Below the pieces are notes generated by a model that was not told the origin of the DNA, ran no database searches, and saw only the letters and a program-made list of their open reading frames with translations. A program made the translations under genes and the position numbers. 34,349 bases of DNA, taken from positions 1-34,349 of the forward strand of contig JAQVSH010000001.1 in assembly GCA_028700615.1 (NCBI GenBank). The letters run 5' to 3'. The stretch is from Bacteroidales bacterium (GTDB lineage Bacteria; Bacteroidota; Bacteroidia; Bacteroidales; UBA4181). Shown here piece by piece: positions 20,204-29,532 of this stretch. Numbering within the stretch: the stretch's first letter is position 1; every line of letters begins with the position of its first letter.

Positions 20204-21556
20204 ATGAAGCAGACCTCAGATTATATTGCAGCCATTGACATTGGAACTACAAAAATTGTTGCCTTGGTAGCTCAGAGAACTACCGGCGGGAAAATTGATA
20301 TTATTGCCACATCAAAGACAGAATCCCACGGAGTGAGGAGAGGGATGGTGCTTAACATTGAAGAAACTGCTGCCGATATCGAAAAGGTGGTTGCTGATGT
20401 TCAGAAACAGACCGGATTTTGTTTTGAAGAAGTTTTTGTTGGGATTGCCGCCGAGCATGTCCGCTGTATTAAATGCAGAAACTATTTTGACAGGGATTCC
20501 GGGAGTGAATTGATTACCCATGAAGATGTGGCCCGTCTCAAGCATGAAGTTTCGAAAACTCCTATTGATGCAACAGAGCAGATTCTTGCGGTAATTCCTC
20601 AGCATTATATTGTAGACGGAGAAGCGGAAATTAAGAATCCTGTCGGATTTCTTGGAAAACGTCTTGAAGCCAATTTTAATATCGTGGTCTGTAAAAAGAT
20701 TTCCGCCATGAATATTCAGAGGTGCCTGGAGATGAAAGGATTAAAAGTTAAGGCTTTAATGCTGGAACCCTTAGCCTCTTCTGAAGCCGTAGTTACCGAT
20801 GAGGAAAAAGAAATGGGTGTCGCCCTGATTGATATCGGAGGAGGAACAACCGACATTGCGGTTTTTCATGACAAGGAATTGAAACATACGGCGGTGATTC
20901 CTTTCGGCGGATTTGCAATCACCCGGGATATCAAAGAGGGTTGTGGAATCCTGCAGAAACATGCCGAAGAGTTAAAAATCAAATATGGTTCAGCTTTTGG
21001 AGATCTTGCCGATCCTAATAAAGTAGTGGTGTTGAATACAGTTGCCGGACGAGAACAGCGTGAAATCTCTTTCCAGACGCTTGCCCATATTATTCAGGCG
21101 AGAATGGTTGAGATTATCAATATGGCCATGTTTGAGGTCGAAAACTCGGGTTACGAAGAAAGACTCAACGGAGGGATTGTGATCACCGGAGGAGGGGCAT
21201 TACTTCAACATTTGCCTCAACTGTTTCATTATAAAACAGGAATGGAAACCCGTGTGGGTTATCCGGGGAAATATGTTTCTGAAAACGATGCGGAATATTT
21301 GAATAGCCCTATTTATGGAACCGGGATTGGGCTCATCTTAATGGGATATAACTGGCTGGATGAAAATGCGGCTTCTATAAAAATAAAAGCAGAAACCTCT
21401 AAACAAGAAGTTAAAAATCAAGCCGAAGAGCCTGCTGAGGAAACTGCAGTTCCGGAAAAAGAACCTTCTGAGGGTAAAAAATCAAGCCTGATTGATTCTC
21501 TGAAGACTTCAATAGCAAAGCTATTTAATGATAATGATGACGAATATTTGAACTAG
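20204..21556 (+). CDS. ftsA: Cell division protein FtsA
   Basis: Actin-fold motifs AAIDIGTTKIV, ALIDIGGGTTDIAV and ITGGGALL. The C-terminal segment (SLIDSLKTSIAKLF) looks amphipathic. The ATG at 20204 lies after the ftsQ stop and is preferred over the TTG at 20183. Confidence 0.93.
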   Translation: MKQTSDYIAAIDIGTTKIVALVAQRTTGGKIDIIATSKTESHGVRRGMVLNIEETAADIEKVVADVQKQTGFCFEEVFVGIAAEHVRCIKCRNYFDRDSGSELITHEDVARLKHEVSKTPIDATEQILAVIPQHYIVDGEAEIKNPVGFLGKRLEANFNIVVCKKISAMNIQRCLEMKGLKVKALMLEPLASSEAVVTDEEKEMGVALIDIGGGTTDIAVFHDKELKHTAVIPFGGFAITRDIKEGCGILQKHAEELKIKYGSAFGDLADPNKVVVLNTVAGREQREISFQTLAHIIQARMVEIINMAMFEVENSGYEERLNGGIVITGGGALLQHLPQLFHYKTGMETRVGYPGKYVSENDAEYLNSPIYGTGIGLILMGYNWLDENAASIKIKAETSKQEVKNQAEEPAEETAVPEKEPSEGKKSSLIDSLKTSIAKLFNDNDDEYLN

Positions 21557-21579
21557 TTGCTTACTTAACGTATAAAATT

Positions 21580-23013
21580 ATGGAATTAAACTTAGAAGAC
21601 ATGATTCCCGTCATGAACGAACGATCTTCCATTATTAAAGTGATTGGAATCGGAGGCGGTGGAAACAATGCGGTCAACCATATGTATCGTCAGGGTATCA
21701 ACGATGTGGATTTTGTGATTTGTAATACAGATGCTCAGGCGCTTCAATCCAGTCCGATTCCTATTAAAATCCAGCTGGGGAAAGAGCTGACCGAAGGCCT
21801 TGGGGCCGGGAGTAATCCTAAAGTCGGAAAACAATCTGCTTTGGATAGTCTGAGTGAAGTGGAAAATATTCTCAGAGACAATACTAAGATGGTTTTTGTC
21901 ACCGCAGGAATGGGAGGGGGTACAGGCACCGGCGCAACTCCCGTTATTGCCCAGACAGCCAAGGATATGGGAATTCTGACGGTGGGTATTGTAACGCTGC
22001 CTTTTAAATTTGAAGCCCGGTTGAGATATAATCAGGCCATTGAAGGAATCAAGGATCTGAAAGATAAGGTAGACTCATTGCTGATTATTAACAATGAGCG
22101 GCTTCGCGAAATGTATGGAAACCTTCCTATTTCTCAGGCTTTTTCCAATGCGGACAATATTCTGACGGTAGCAGCAAAAGGCATTGCTGAAATTATTACA
22201 GGACGCGGATATGTCAATGTGGACTTTTCTGATGTGAATACCATTATGAAAAACAGCGGGGTTGCCATTATGGGCTCTTCAACCGCGAGTGGTCAGGACC
22301 GGGCTATCAAAGCTATTCACGAGGCATTGAATTCACCTTTGCTGAACAATAGCGACATTACCGGGGCAAAGGGAGTCTTATTAAACGTAACCTATGGGAA
22401 GCAGGAACTGACTATGGATGAGCTTTCGGATATTACAGATTATGTATATAATGCCATTGCTGAGGACGCTCATTTTATCTGGGGGCTTGCTTCTGATGAA
22501 TCGTTGGATGACGCCATCAATGTAACCATTATTGCAACACGTTTTGAGGCAAACACATTGCCTGATTTAATTGTGGATGAAAAGGAAAAAGTCTTTCTTC
22601 CTTTAAATGATCAGCCTGAATCAAAATTAACCGGTAGAGACAGAGTAGACTTTCGTGAATCTAAGGATCTTTCAGGGGAAATTCTTTCCGGAGGCATGAG
22701 GATTGTTGATGTTCCTGCTCCTTCAGTAACCCCCAAACCCACTGCCAGTAACGTCAGGACCTCTTCACCTGTGAGAATGGAAAACACGGAAGAACAAAGT
22801 TCTGAATACTCTTCTGCTAAGTGGAACAGGCAACCTTTTTACTCGGTAGATACCAGAACTATTGACGCACTGGAAAATGAACCGGCATTTAAGAGGGTAA
22901 AAATAAAAACTCCTAAAACGGATACAGATGAAACGCCCGATCTTTCCAATTATTCCATGGGAAAATATGGGCTTAGTGACCATAATCCTTACCTGAATCC
23001 TAAGAAGGATTAA
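21580..23013 (+). CDS. ftsZ: Cell division GTPase FtsZ
   Basis: Contains IKVIGIGGGGNNAVNHM and the tubulin signature GMGGGTGTGA, plus NVDFSDV. A long disordered linker and an EPAFKR peptide are followed by a 38-aa tail. Confidence 0.97.
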   Translation: MELNLEDMIPVMNERSSIIKVIGIGGGGNNAVNHMYRQGINDVDFVICNTDAQALQSSPIPIKIQLGKELTEGLGAGSNPKVGKQSALDSLSEVENILRDNTKMVFVTAGMGGGTGTGATPVIAQTAKDMGILTVGIVTLPFKFEARLRYNQAIEGIKDLKDKVDSLLIINNERLREMYGNLPISQAFSNADNILTVAAKGIAEIITGRGYVNVDFSDVNTIMKNSGVAIMGSSTASGQDRAIKAIHEALNSPLLNNSDITGAKGVLLNVTYGKQELTMDELSDITDYVYNAIAEDAHFIWGLASDESLDDAINVTIIATRFEANTLPDLIVDEKEKVFLPLNDQPESKLTGRDRVDFRESKDLSGEILSGGMRIVDVPAPSVTPKPTASNVRTSSPVRMENTEEQSSEYSSAKWNRQPFYSVDTRTIDALENEPAFKRVKIKTPKTDTDETPDLSNYSMGKYGLSDHNPYLNPKKD

Positions 23014-23032
23014 ATTCAGTGCATAAGAAAAT

Positions 23033-23066
23033 AAAAAAGCTGTCGGATATCGACAGCTTTTTTATT
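23033..23066. terminator. Bidirectional rho-independent terminator between convergent ftsZ and exbD
   Basis: The stem agctgtcg (23038-23045) pairs with cgacagct (23051-23058). It is flanked by an A-run on the left and a T-run on the right. Confidence 0.7.
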
Positions 23067-23081
23067 TATCATCACGGAAAA

Positions 23082-23558
23082 TTAAAAAATAGCCTTTGTT
23101 TTCTTTGCTGAATAACTGATTTTTAGGGCATTAGCTTGTCTTAGCGCTTGCTTAAGATCATTGACAACTCCCATTTTGGTGTTTTCATCAATTTTCAACT
23201 GGATGGTCATCTTGTTTCGGTCCACTTCATTCAGTTTATCCCGTTCAGCAGCAATAAAGGTCCTGATATCTTCCAGCGTGGCAAAACGATCATTTAACTG
23301 AATACGCGTCATGGTTCCAAATGCCTTCTGGAAATTAGGCTGCGGAACCCCGACATGGATAGAACTGACCAATGACTTGTTTTCCAGCTTCTTTACTTCA
23401 GTAGCTTCCGGTGTTTTTTCAATCACCATAATCATCGATTCCTTCATGGAAGAAGTCACCATAAAAAAGAACAAAAGAATAAACACAATATCAGACGTAG
23501 AGGATGTTGCTAAATCCGGAGTCTTTATATTCCTTGATTCTTTAAATTTTGACATCAT
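23082..23558 (-). CDS. exbD: Biopolymer transport protein ExbD/TolR
   Basis: 158 aa. The N-terminal TM region has the ExbD signature (DIVFILLFFFMVTSSM). ATGA overlap with the upstream exbD paralogue. Confidence 0.85.
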   Translation of the reverse strand: MMSKFKESRNIKTPDLATSSTSDIVFILLFFFMVTSSMKESMIMVIEKTPEATEVKKLENKSLVSSIHVGVPQPNFQKAFGTMTRIQLNDRFATLEDIRTFIAAERDKLNEVDRNKMTIQLKIDENTKMGVVNDLKQALRQANALKISYSAKKTKAIF

Positions 23559-24136
23559 TTGTTTCCTCCAATATCTCTAGGCTCTGCTTCAGATATGTTC
23601 ATAGGGATATACTTTCCGATGGCATCGCGTTGTTCCTCTGTGAGATCATCATAACCAACAGCAAAACGGGCTTTGGCTGCCTCTTCTCTCATTTCATTGA
23701 TCGCTCCGGTAAGCTCATTTTGCACCATCATGTACGTTTTATAACTTGTTCCCCGGTCATTCTGCAAGGAAACCACTCCCTTACTGATCATTACTTTTCC
23801 GAAGAGAGGAATCTCTTCTTCCTTTTTATCTGAAAGATTCGGATTGTTGGAAGGATTGAGGAAAAATTCTTTGGTTTTTGCTCTCAAATTGCGGATATCC
23901 ATCAATTGACCTTCAACCTGCAATTGATCATGCTGATTGATCAGAACAATAAAAACATTGCGCTCATTTACTTTTGTTTCCTCATTCTTGCTTCCTTCAT
24001 CAGCCAGCGGAGGAAGCTGACGTATCAGCCCGTAATCGGAATCCATGGATGAAACCATCAAGAAAAAGAACAAAAGAATAAAAGAAACGTCCGCCATCGA
24101 ACCCGAAGTAATTCGGGGTATATTTCTTCTTCTCAT
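23555..24136 (-). CDS. exbD: Biopolymer transport protein ExbD/TolR (longer paralogue)
   Basis: 193 aa, with N-terminus ITSGSMADVSFILLFFFLMVSSM and an ExbD periplasmic domain. Confidence 0.8.
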   Translation of the reverse strand: MRRRNIPRITSGSMADVSFILLFFFLMVSSMDSDYGLIRQLPPLADEGSKNEETKVNERNVFIVLINQHDQLQVEGQLMDIRNLRAKTKEFFLNPSNNPNLSDKKEEEIPLFGKVMISKGVVSLQNDRGTSYKTYMMVQNELTGAINEMREEAAKARFAVGYDDLTEEQRDAIGKYIPMNISEAEPRDIGGNK

Positions 24137-24142
24137 AACTAC

Positions 24143-24469
24143 TTATTTATTATAAGCGGATGAGACGGCTGTGTATACAGCTGATAAAATTGCGGCACCA
24201 GCTACAATATATACCATATTCAGGCTGGCGCTGACAAAATGAGACTGTCCGGCTGAGGCCAGGATAACTCCGTTAGAAGATGTAACTTCCTGACCGTCAG
24301 TTAATGCCCAGGAAAGCAAGAATAATATGATGATGCCGAACAATGAAGCCAATGGAATGATAGAGGATTTGATATTCTCAAACATACCTTTTAAGCCAAA
24401 ATAGAGCGTTAGTCCTATGGCTACAAAAAAAATGATATAGGTAAAATACAGAAAATAATCCAACCACAT
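24143..24469 (-). CDS. Hypothetical small membrane protein (3 predicted TM segments) within the exbB-exbD cluster
   Basis: 108-aa ORF with three hydrophobic stretches, packed between exbB and exbD on the same strand. I recognise no family. Confidence 0.5.
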   Translation of the reverse strand: MWLDYFLYFTYIIFFVAIGLTLYFGLKGMFENIKSSIIPLASLFGIIILFLLSWALTDGQEVTSSNGVILASAGQSHFVSASLNMVYIVAGAAILSAVYTAVSSAYNK

Positions 24470-24502
24470 AGCAATTTATTTTTTACCCGGTAGAGAAACC
24501 GG

Positions 24503-25231
24503 TTAATTATTTTTGTACTTAATAAGAATATCCATTATGGATATGGAAGCATCTTCCATATCATTAACGATTCTTTCAATACGCGTTACGATGTAGTTAA
24601 AAAATACTTGAAGAATCATCGCCGTGATCAATCCGAAAATTGTAGTGATCAACGCCACCCTCATGCCATCGGCAACGATGGTGGGAGAAATATCACCGGC
24701 TTTTGAAATGTCATCAAATGCGTATACGATACCGATCACTGTCCCCAGAAATCCAAGGTTAGGAGCCATGGCAATAAACAGCGTGATCCAGCTGAGGTTC
24801 TTTTCCAAACGGGCTGCATGAATACTGCCGTATGAAACGATAGATTTTTCAACTACATCAAGGCCTTCACTATAACGATCCAAGCCCTGAAAGAAAATAC
24901 TGGCCACAGGGCCTTTGGTATTACGGCAGATGTCTTTTGCACCTTCAATTCCACTCTGATTCAGAGCTTCTTCAACTTTTAACAGAAATTTCTCTGCGTT
25001 AATGGCCGAAAGATTCACATATAGAATTCTTTCAATACAGAGCGCAAGACCTACAATCAGAACAAGAAGAATAGGGGTCATCCATGCTACCCCCCCCTCA
25101 ATGAACCGTTGTTTTAACATTTGATGTACTACCTGGTCTCCGCCGGAAGTCGTGACCTCTTGCGCAAAACATACAGAAGTCATAAGGAAGAAAACCCCAA
25201 AAACCACCAGTAATGAGATTAGGTTTTTCAT
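24503..25231 (-). CDS. exbB: MotA/TolQ/ExbB proton-channel family protein
   Basis: Signal-peptide-like N-terminus. The C-terminal core (APNLGFLGTVIGIVYAF...GMRVALITTIFGLITAM) is typical of ExbB/TolQ. exbD genes lie downstream. Confidence 0.85.
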   Translation of the reverse strand: MKNLISLLVVFGVFFLMTSVCFAQEVTTSGGDQVVHQMLKQRFIEGGVAWMTPILLVLIVGLALCIERILYVNLSAINAEKFLLKVEEALNQSGIEGAKDICRNTKGPVASIFFQGLDRYSEGLDVVEKSIVSYGSIHAARLEKNLSWITLFIAMAPNLGFLGTVIGIVYAFDDISKAGDISPTIVADGMRVALITTIFGLITAMILQVFFNYIVTRIERIVNDMEDASISIMDILIKYKNN

Positions 25232-25294
25232 GGCTTATACAAAATTTAGGTTGAGAATGTGAGAATTTAAGTTGTTTATAACCCAAATTCGATG

Positions 25295-25382
25295 CGGAGA
25301 GAAAGGGATTCGAACCCTTGGTACCCTTTAGGAGTACACACGCTTTCCAGGCGTGCGCCTTCGACCACTCGGCCATCTCTCC
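25295..25382 (-). tRNA. tRNA-Ser (anticodon GGA), class II with long variable arm
   Basis: Reverse complement is GGAGAGATGGCCGAGTGGTCGAAGGCGCACGCCTGGAAAGCGTG...AAGGGTTCGAATCCCTTTCTCTCCG. The acceptor stem is 7 bp (GGAGAGA/TCTCTCC). The anticodon stem is CACGC/GCGTG with loop CTGGAAA. The T-arm is AAGGG-TTCGAAT-CCCTT. CCA is not fully encoded. Confidence 0.9.
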
Positions 25383-25557
25383 ATTAGTTCTTGCTTCTGA
25401 TTATATATCTATTTCAATAATAAGGGTCTGATAATCAATCACAAAAAACTTAAATTCTCTTTACAACCTACTTTGTTAGGATTTAAGGACTGCCAAATTA
25501 CAAAAAAATCTTCAAAGCACCATACCTTCCCTATAAAAACAATCCATAAGCTATCTT

Positions 25558-26346
25558 TTAAATCATTTTTGGCTCACCATCATTAAAAAAAAGTTTAATG
25601 GCTGATTGTGTGGTTTTCCTTGCCACCTCTTCTGTTGATAGCTGTTTGATCTCAGAAATTTTAGTTCCGATCAGCGGAATATATGAAGACTCGTTCCTTT
25701 GTCCGCGGTATGGGACAGGTGAAAGGTAGGGAGCATCGGTTTCCAGTACAATATAAGACAGGTCGGTTTCTTGCACAACCTTTGCCAGTCCGGCGTTTTT
25801 AAAAGTGACAACTCCGCCGATGCCCAGCAAAAAGCCCAGGTCTGTAATTCTTTTTGACTGGGGGATATCTCCGGGGTAACAATGAAAGACGCCCTTCAAA
25901 TTCCCGTTTTGTCTGGGTTTTATCATTTCCAGAATTTGCTCAAGCGATTTTCTGGAATGAATGATCAGAGGAAGTCCTGTATCCCTCGCCCATTCTAGCT
26001 GACGTGCAAAAGCTAACTCCTGTTCATGTTTTTTTGAAACATCCCAATAAAAATCCAGGCCAACTTCTCCGATAGCCACTATTCCCGGTTTATCAAGCTC
26101 TTTCTCCATGCTATCGAGGATCTCCGAATATTTTTCATCCACAGAGGTAGGATGTAATCCGAGCGTCGGGTAAAAAACATCAGGACAGGCCTTGCAGAGC
26201 TCGTCCATAGGAGCTATGGAATGCTGATCTATATTGGGAAGAATTATTTTAGAAACGCCGCTTTCCCGGGCTCTTTGGATGACAAGGGACAGATCATCCC
26301 GGAATTCCTCCGAATAGAGATGGGAATGAGTATCTATCCAGTCCAT
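25558..26346 (-). CDS. tatD: TatD-family metal-dependent hydrolase/DNase
   Basis: MDWIDTHSHLY carries the HxH metal motif. AIGEVGLDFYW, PLIIHSR, GVFHCY and LETDAPYL are also present. Confidence 0.9.
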   Translation of the reverse strand: MDWIDTHSHLYSEEFRDDLSLVIQRARESGVSKIILPNIDQHSIAPMDELCKACPDVFYPTLGLHPTSVDEKYSEILDSMEKELDKPGIVAIGEVGLDFYWDVSKKHEQELAFARQLEWARDTGLPLIIHSRKSLEQILEMIKPRQNGNLKGVFHCYPGDIPQSKRITDLGFLLGIGGVVTFKNAGLAKVVQETDLSYIVLETDAPYLSPVPYRGQRNESSYIPLIGTKISEIKQLSTEEVARKTTQSAIKLFFNDGEPKMI

Positions 26347-26384
26347 TTGTCATGCTTTTAGTAAAATGTGCGGCAAATGTAAAT

Positions 26385-26418
26385 AAAAAAGCCGGGATAA
26401 TCGGATCCCGGCTTTTTA
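26385..26418 (-). terminator. Rho-independent terminator downstream of gdhA
   Basis: The stem agccggga (26390-26397) pairs with tcccggct (26406-26413). A/T runs sit on both sides, with the T-run following the hairpin when read on the minus strand. Confidence 0.7.
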
Positions 26419-26433
26419 TCAGATGAGGATCTG

Positions 26434-27774
26434 CTATACGTATCCCTGAGCCAGCATGGCTTCGGCAACCTTAACAAAGCCTCCGATATTTGCACCCTGA
26501 ACATAGTTGATATATCCGTTGGGTTGAGTTCCGTATTTCACACAGGTTTTATGAATATTAATCATAATCTCGTGCAGACGGGCATCTACTTCCTGGCTGG
26601 TCCAGGGAAGACGCATGGAATTCTGGGTCATTTCAAGGCCTGAAGTGGCAACCCCACCGGCATTAGAAGCTTTCCCGGGAGCATATAAAATACCGGCTTT
26701 GATAAATGCTTCAACAGCGCCTATGGTAGAAGGCATGTTAGCACCTTCTGCAACACAGATACAACCGTTTTTCAGAAGGGTTTTTGCATCGTTTTCTTCC
26801 AATTCGTTTTGTGTAGCACAAGGCATAGCCACATCACATTTCACTTTCCAGGGACGTTGTCCTTCAAAATATTCGCAACCAAACTTATCAGCATATTCCT
26901 TGATACGTCCTCTGCGGTTGTTCTTCAGTTCGAGCACAAACTGGAGTTTTTCGGCCGTAATTCCGCTGGGATCATAGATAGATCCGTTTGAATCGGAAAG
27001 GGTAACCGGTTTAGCTCCCATTTGCAAACATTTTTCTACTGCATATTGAGCTACATTGCCTGAACCTGAAATGGCAACGGTTTTTCCTTTCATACTATCA
27101 TTACGGGTTTTAAGCATTTCTTCTGCAAAATATACTGTCCCGTAACCGGTTGCTTCAGGACGAATGAGACTTCCTCCCCAGTCCAATCCTTTGCCGGTAA
27201 GAACGCCGGTAAATTCATTCCGGACTCTTTTATATTGTCCAAAGAGGAATCCGATTTCACGGCCACCTACTCCGATATCTCCTGCGGGGACGTCTGTATC
27301 GGCTCCGATATGCCGGCTGAGTTCAGTCATAAAACTCTGGCAAAAACGCATTACTTCATTTTCTGATTTTCCTTTAGGATCAAAATCGGAACCTCCTTTA
27401 CCTCCGCCCATAGGCAAAGTGGTAAGACTATTTTTGAACGTTTGTTCAAAGGCGAGAAATTTAAGAATCCCCAGATTTACCGTAGGATGAAAACGCAGAC
27501 CTCCCTTATAAGGGCCAATGGCACAATTCATCTGAATTCTGAAACCGCGGTTGATCTCAATCTCCCCTTTGTCATTGATCCAGGGAACTTTGAACATGAT
27601 TACTCTTTCCGGTTCAGCAATTCGTTCGAGAATTTTGGCATGCTTGTATTTCGGATTTTCCTCAATAAAAGGAATCAAAGATTCTGCAACCTCTTGCACT
27701 GCCTGATGAAATTCCGGTTCTCCCGGATTTTTGGCTTTAATTTTAGCCATGAATTGTTCTACTCTCGGATCCAT
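26434..27774 (-). CDS. gdhA: NAD(P)-specific glutamate dehydrogenase
   Basis: 446 aa with the catalytic-lysine region LPMGGGKGGSDFDPKG and the dinucleotide fold GSGNVAQYA. Hexameric GDH family. Confidence 0.95.
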   Translation of the reverse strand: MDPRVEQFMAKIKAKNPGEPEFHQAVQEVAESLIPFIEENPKYKHAKILERIAEPERVIMFKVPWINDKGEIEINRGFRIQMNCAIGPYKGGLRFHPTVNLGILKFLAFEQTFKNSLTTLPMGGGKGGSDFDPKGKSENEVMRFCQSFMTELSRHIGADTDVPAGDIGVGGREIGFLFGQYKRVRNEFTGVLTGKGLDWGGSLIRPEATGYGTVYFAEEMLKTRNDSMKGKTVAISGSGNVAQYAVEKCLQMGAKPVTLSDSNGSIYDPSGITAEKLQFVLELKNNRRGRIKEYADKFGCEYFEGQRPWKVKCDVAMPCATQNELEENDAKTLLKNGCICVAEGANMPSTIGAVEAFIKAGILYAPGKASNAGGVATSGLEMTQNSMRLPWTSQEVDARLHEIMINIHKTCVKYGTQPNGYINYVQGANIGGFVKVAEAMLAQGYV

Positions 27775-27808
27775 TTTGAATTATTAAATTAGAAGTAACA
27801 AATTGCTG

Positions 27809-27816
27809 CAAATATA
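27809..27816 (-). promoter_or_regulatory. Candidate Bacteroidota -7 promoter box (TATATTTG) for gdhA
   Basis: Read on the minus strand this is a perfect match to TAnnTTTG, ending 34 nt upstream of the gdhA ATG. No clean TTTG -33 element is seen. Confidence 0.35.
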
Positions 27817-27894
27817 ATAGTATTGGTTATAAAAAAATAAAAAAAATGAGAGAAAATGATATTTTGAAAGAAATTAACGACAATTTATGTTAAA

Positions 27895-29025
27895 TCATAA
27901 TCCGGTCGCAAGCCTGAACTGGTTCCCGGGTATGGTTTCCACAAGTCCTTTGAGTTCCATTTCCAGTAATAGATTTAATATCTGTGAAACGGTTTTTCCT
28001 GATTTTAAGCTCAATTCATTTACATTCATTGTATTATGTTTTTTAAAAAGTGTCAATATGCTTCTTTCTGATTCGGAAAGTTCAGGAAAACAATTTAACT
28101 GGGCTGGATTTTTAAATATCGGATCGGGCGTCCATCCAAGATAATATTCAAGGTCTTCCGGACTTTCGACCAATGCTGCTTTTTGATTTCGGATGAATTG
28201 ATTACAACCCTTAGACATCCTGTCTGTACTTCTTCCCGGAACGCAAAACACCTCCCTGTGGTAAGACAAAGCTAATTCCGCCGTGATCAGCGATCCTCCC
28301 TTCAGGTCGGATTCGATGACCAGAGTGGCTTCTGAAATACCTGCAATAATACGGTTTCGTCTCACAAAATTGCTTTTCCCACCCTGGTCAAGACTATGAA
28401 ACTCGGTGATCAACGCTCCGTGACTGATCATTTCTTTTGCTGTCTCACGGTGTTCGGAAGGATAGATCTCCCTGAGCGAATGTCCGAGAACTGCTACCGT
28501 ATCCAGTCCATTTTTCAACGCCGCCCTGTGTGCGCAAATATCAATTCCATAAGCAAGCCCACTGATGATCAGAGGATGATGCCCTTTCCGGCTCAACCCG
28601 GAAATCAAAGCTTCGCACATCCCAATCCCATAAGATGTAGCTTTTCTGGTGCCGACAATGCTTAGACATCTCTTGGTATTGATAGACACATTGCCTTTGG
28701 AGAACAAAACCAGCGGGGCGTCTTCACAATGTTTGAGAAGCATAGGATAAGAAGCATCTTCGTACCAAAGAGGTCTGATGGAATGCTTTTCCAGAAACAG
28801 GAGCTCACGCTCCGCATCCTCCAGAATTTTTTTATTGGATAGCAGCAATAATACCTCTGGTCGGATGCCGGGCATTTTCTCCAATATTCTTTTTCTTTCT
28901 TTAAAAAGAAACTCTGCGTCTCCGCATGCATCCATTAATAATTTCAGGTTCCTGCAACTGATCCCCTGTAACATACAAAGTGCAATTTTATACAGCATAT
29001 ACATTGTATTTATAAAACAATACAA
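27895..29025 (-). CDS. dprA: DNA-processing protein DprA (Smf)
   Basis: Contains the Rossmann-like DprA core (IVGTRKATSYG, SGLAYGIDICAHRAAL, GGSLITAELA) and a C-terminal winged-helix domain. The start is uncertain: Met codons at 29025, 29004 and 28998. Confidence 0.9.
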   Translation of the reverse strand: MYCFINTMYMLYKIALCMLQGISCRNLKLLMDACGDAEFLFKERKRILEKMPGIRPEVLLLLSNKKILEDAERELLFLEKHSIRPLWYEDASYPMLLKHCEDAPLVLFSKGNVSINTKRCLSIVGTRKATSYGIGMCEALISGLSRKGHHPLIISGLAYGIDICAHRAALKNGLDTVAVLGHSLREIYPSEHRETAKEMISHGALITEFHSLDQGGKSNFVRRNRIIAGISEATLVIESDLKGGSLITAELALSYHREVFCVPGRSTDRMSKGCNQFIRNQKAALVESPEDLEYYLGWTPDPIFKNPAQLNCFPELSESERSILTLFKKHNTMNVNELSLKSGKTVSQILNLLLEMELKGLVETIPGNQFRLATGL

Positions 29026-29075
29026 ATATACGCATAAAACCCACGTATCATTTTTTCAACAGTGAAAAGGACGGC

Positions 29076-29525
29076 CTAATGTTTCCGGATTCTGTCCAGC
29101 TCTCGTTGTGTATCTTTTTGTTTGATATCCTCTCTTTTATCAAAGGATTTCTTCCCTTTAGCCAGCGCAATCTCAAGCTTGGCCAACCCTCTTTCGTTTA
29201 CAAAAAGACAGGTAGCCACGATAGAAAGACCTTTTTCCTGGGATTTTCTCAGCAGTTTACTGAGCTCTTTTTTATGCAAAAGCAACTTTCTCTCCCGTTT
29301 GGGCACATGATTATTACAACTTCCCCACCAATACTCCGAAATATGCATACCCTGGACATACAACTCATTCCCCACAAAATGGCACCAGGCTTCCGAAATA
29401 TTTGCCTTACCCATACGGATAGATTTAATCTCCGTACCCTGCAGCTGAATTCCTGCAATATACTTTTCCAGCAACTCGTACTCGAAGCCCGCCTTCTTAT
29501 TCCGTATGCTTATTTTATCAGCCAT
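29076..29525 (-). CDS. smpB: SsrA-binding protein SmpB
   Basis: 149 aa with IRNKKAGFEYELLEKYIAGIQLQGTEIKSIR and a basic C-terminal tail. Confidence 0.95.
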   Translation of the reverse strand: MADKISIRNKKAGFEYELLEKYIAGIQLQGTEIKSIRMGKANISEAWCHFVGNELYVQGMHISEYWWGSCNNHVPKRERKLLLHKKELSKLLRKSQEKGLSIVATCLFVNERGLAKLEIALAKGKKSFDKREDIKQKDTQRELDRIRKH

Positions 29526-29532
29526 TGCAAAA

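Noticed and set aside
7723-23013. Absence of murF and ddl from the dcw cluster (murE is followed directly by mraY, and murC directly by ftsQ).
   Set aside because: As far as I recall, this is the usual Bacteroidota dcw organisation, so it is a taxonomic hint rather than an anomaly.
25098-25376. A 92-aa minus-strand ORF spanning the tRNA-Ser(GGA) gene and the exbB start.
   Set aside because: It overlaps a canonical tRNA and the exbB N-terminus, so it is not credible as a CDS.
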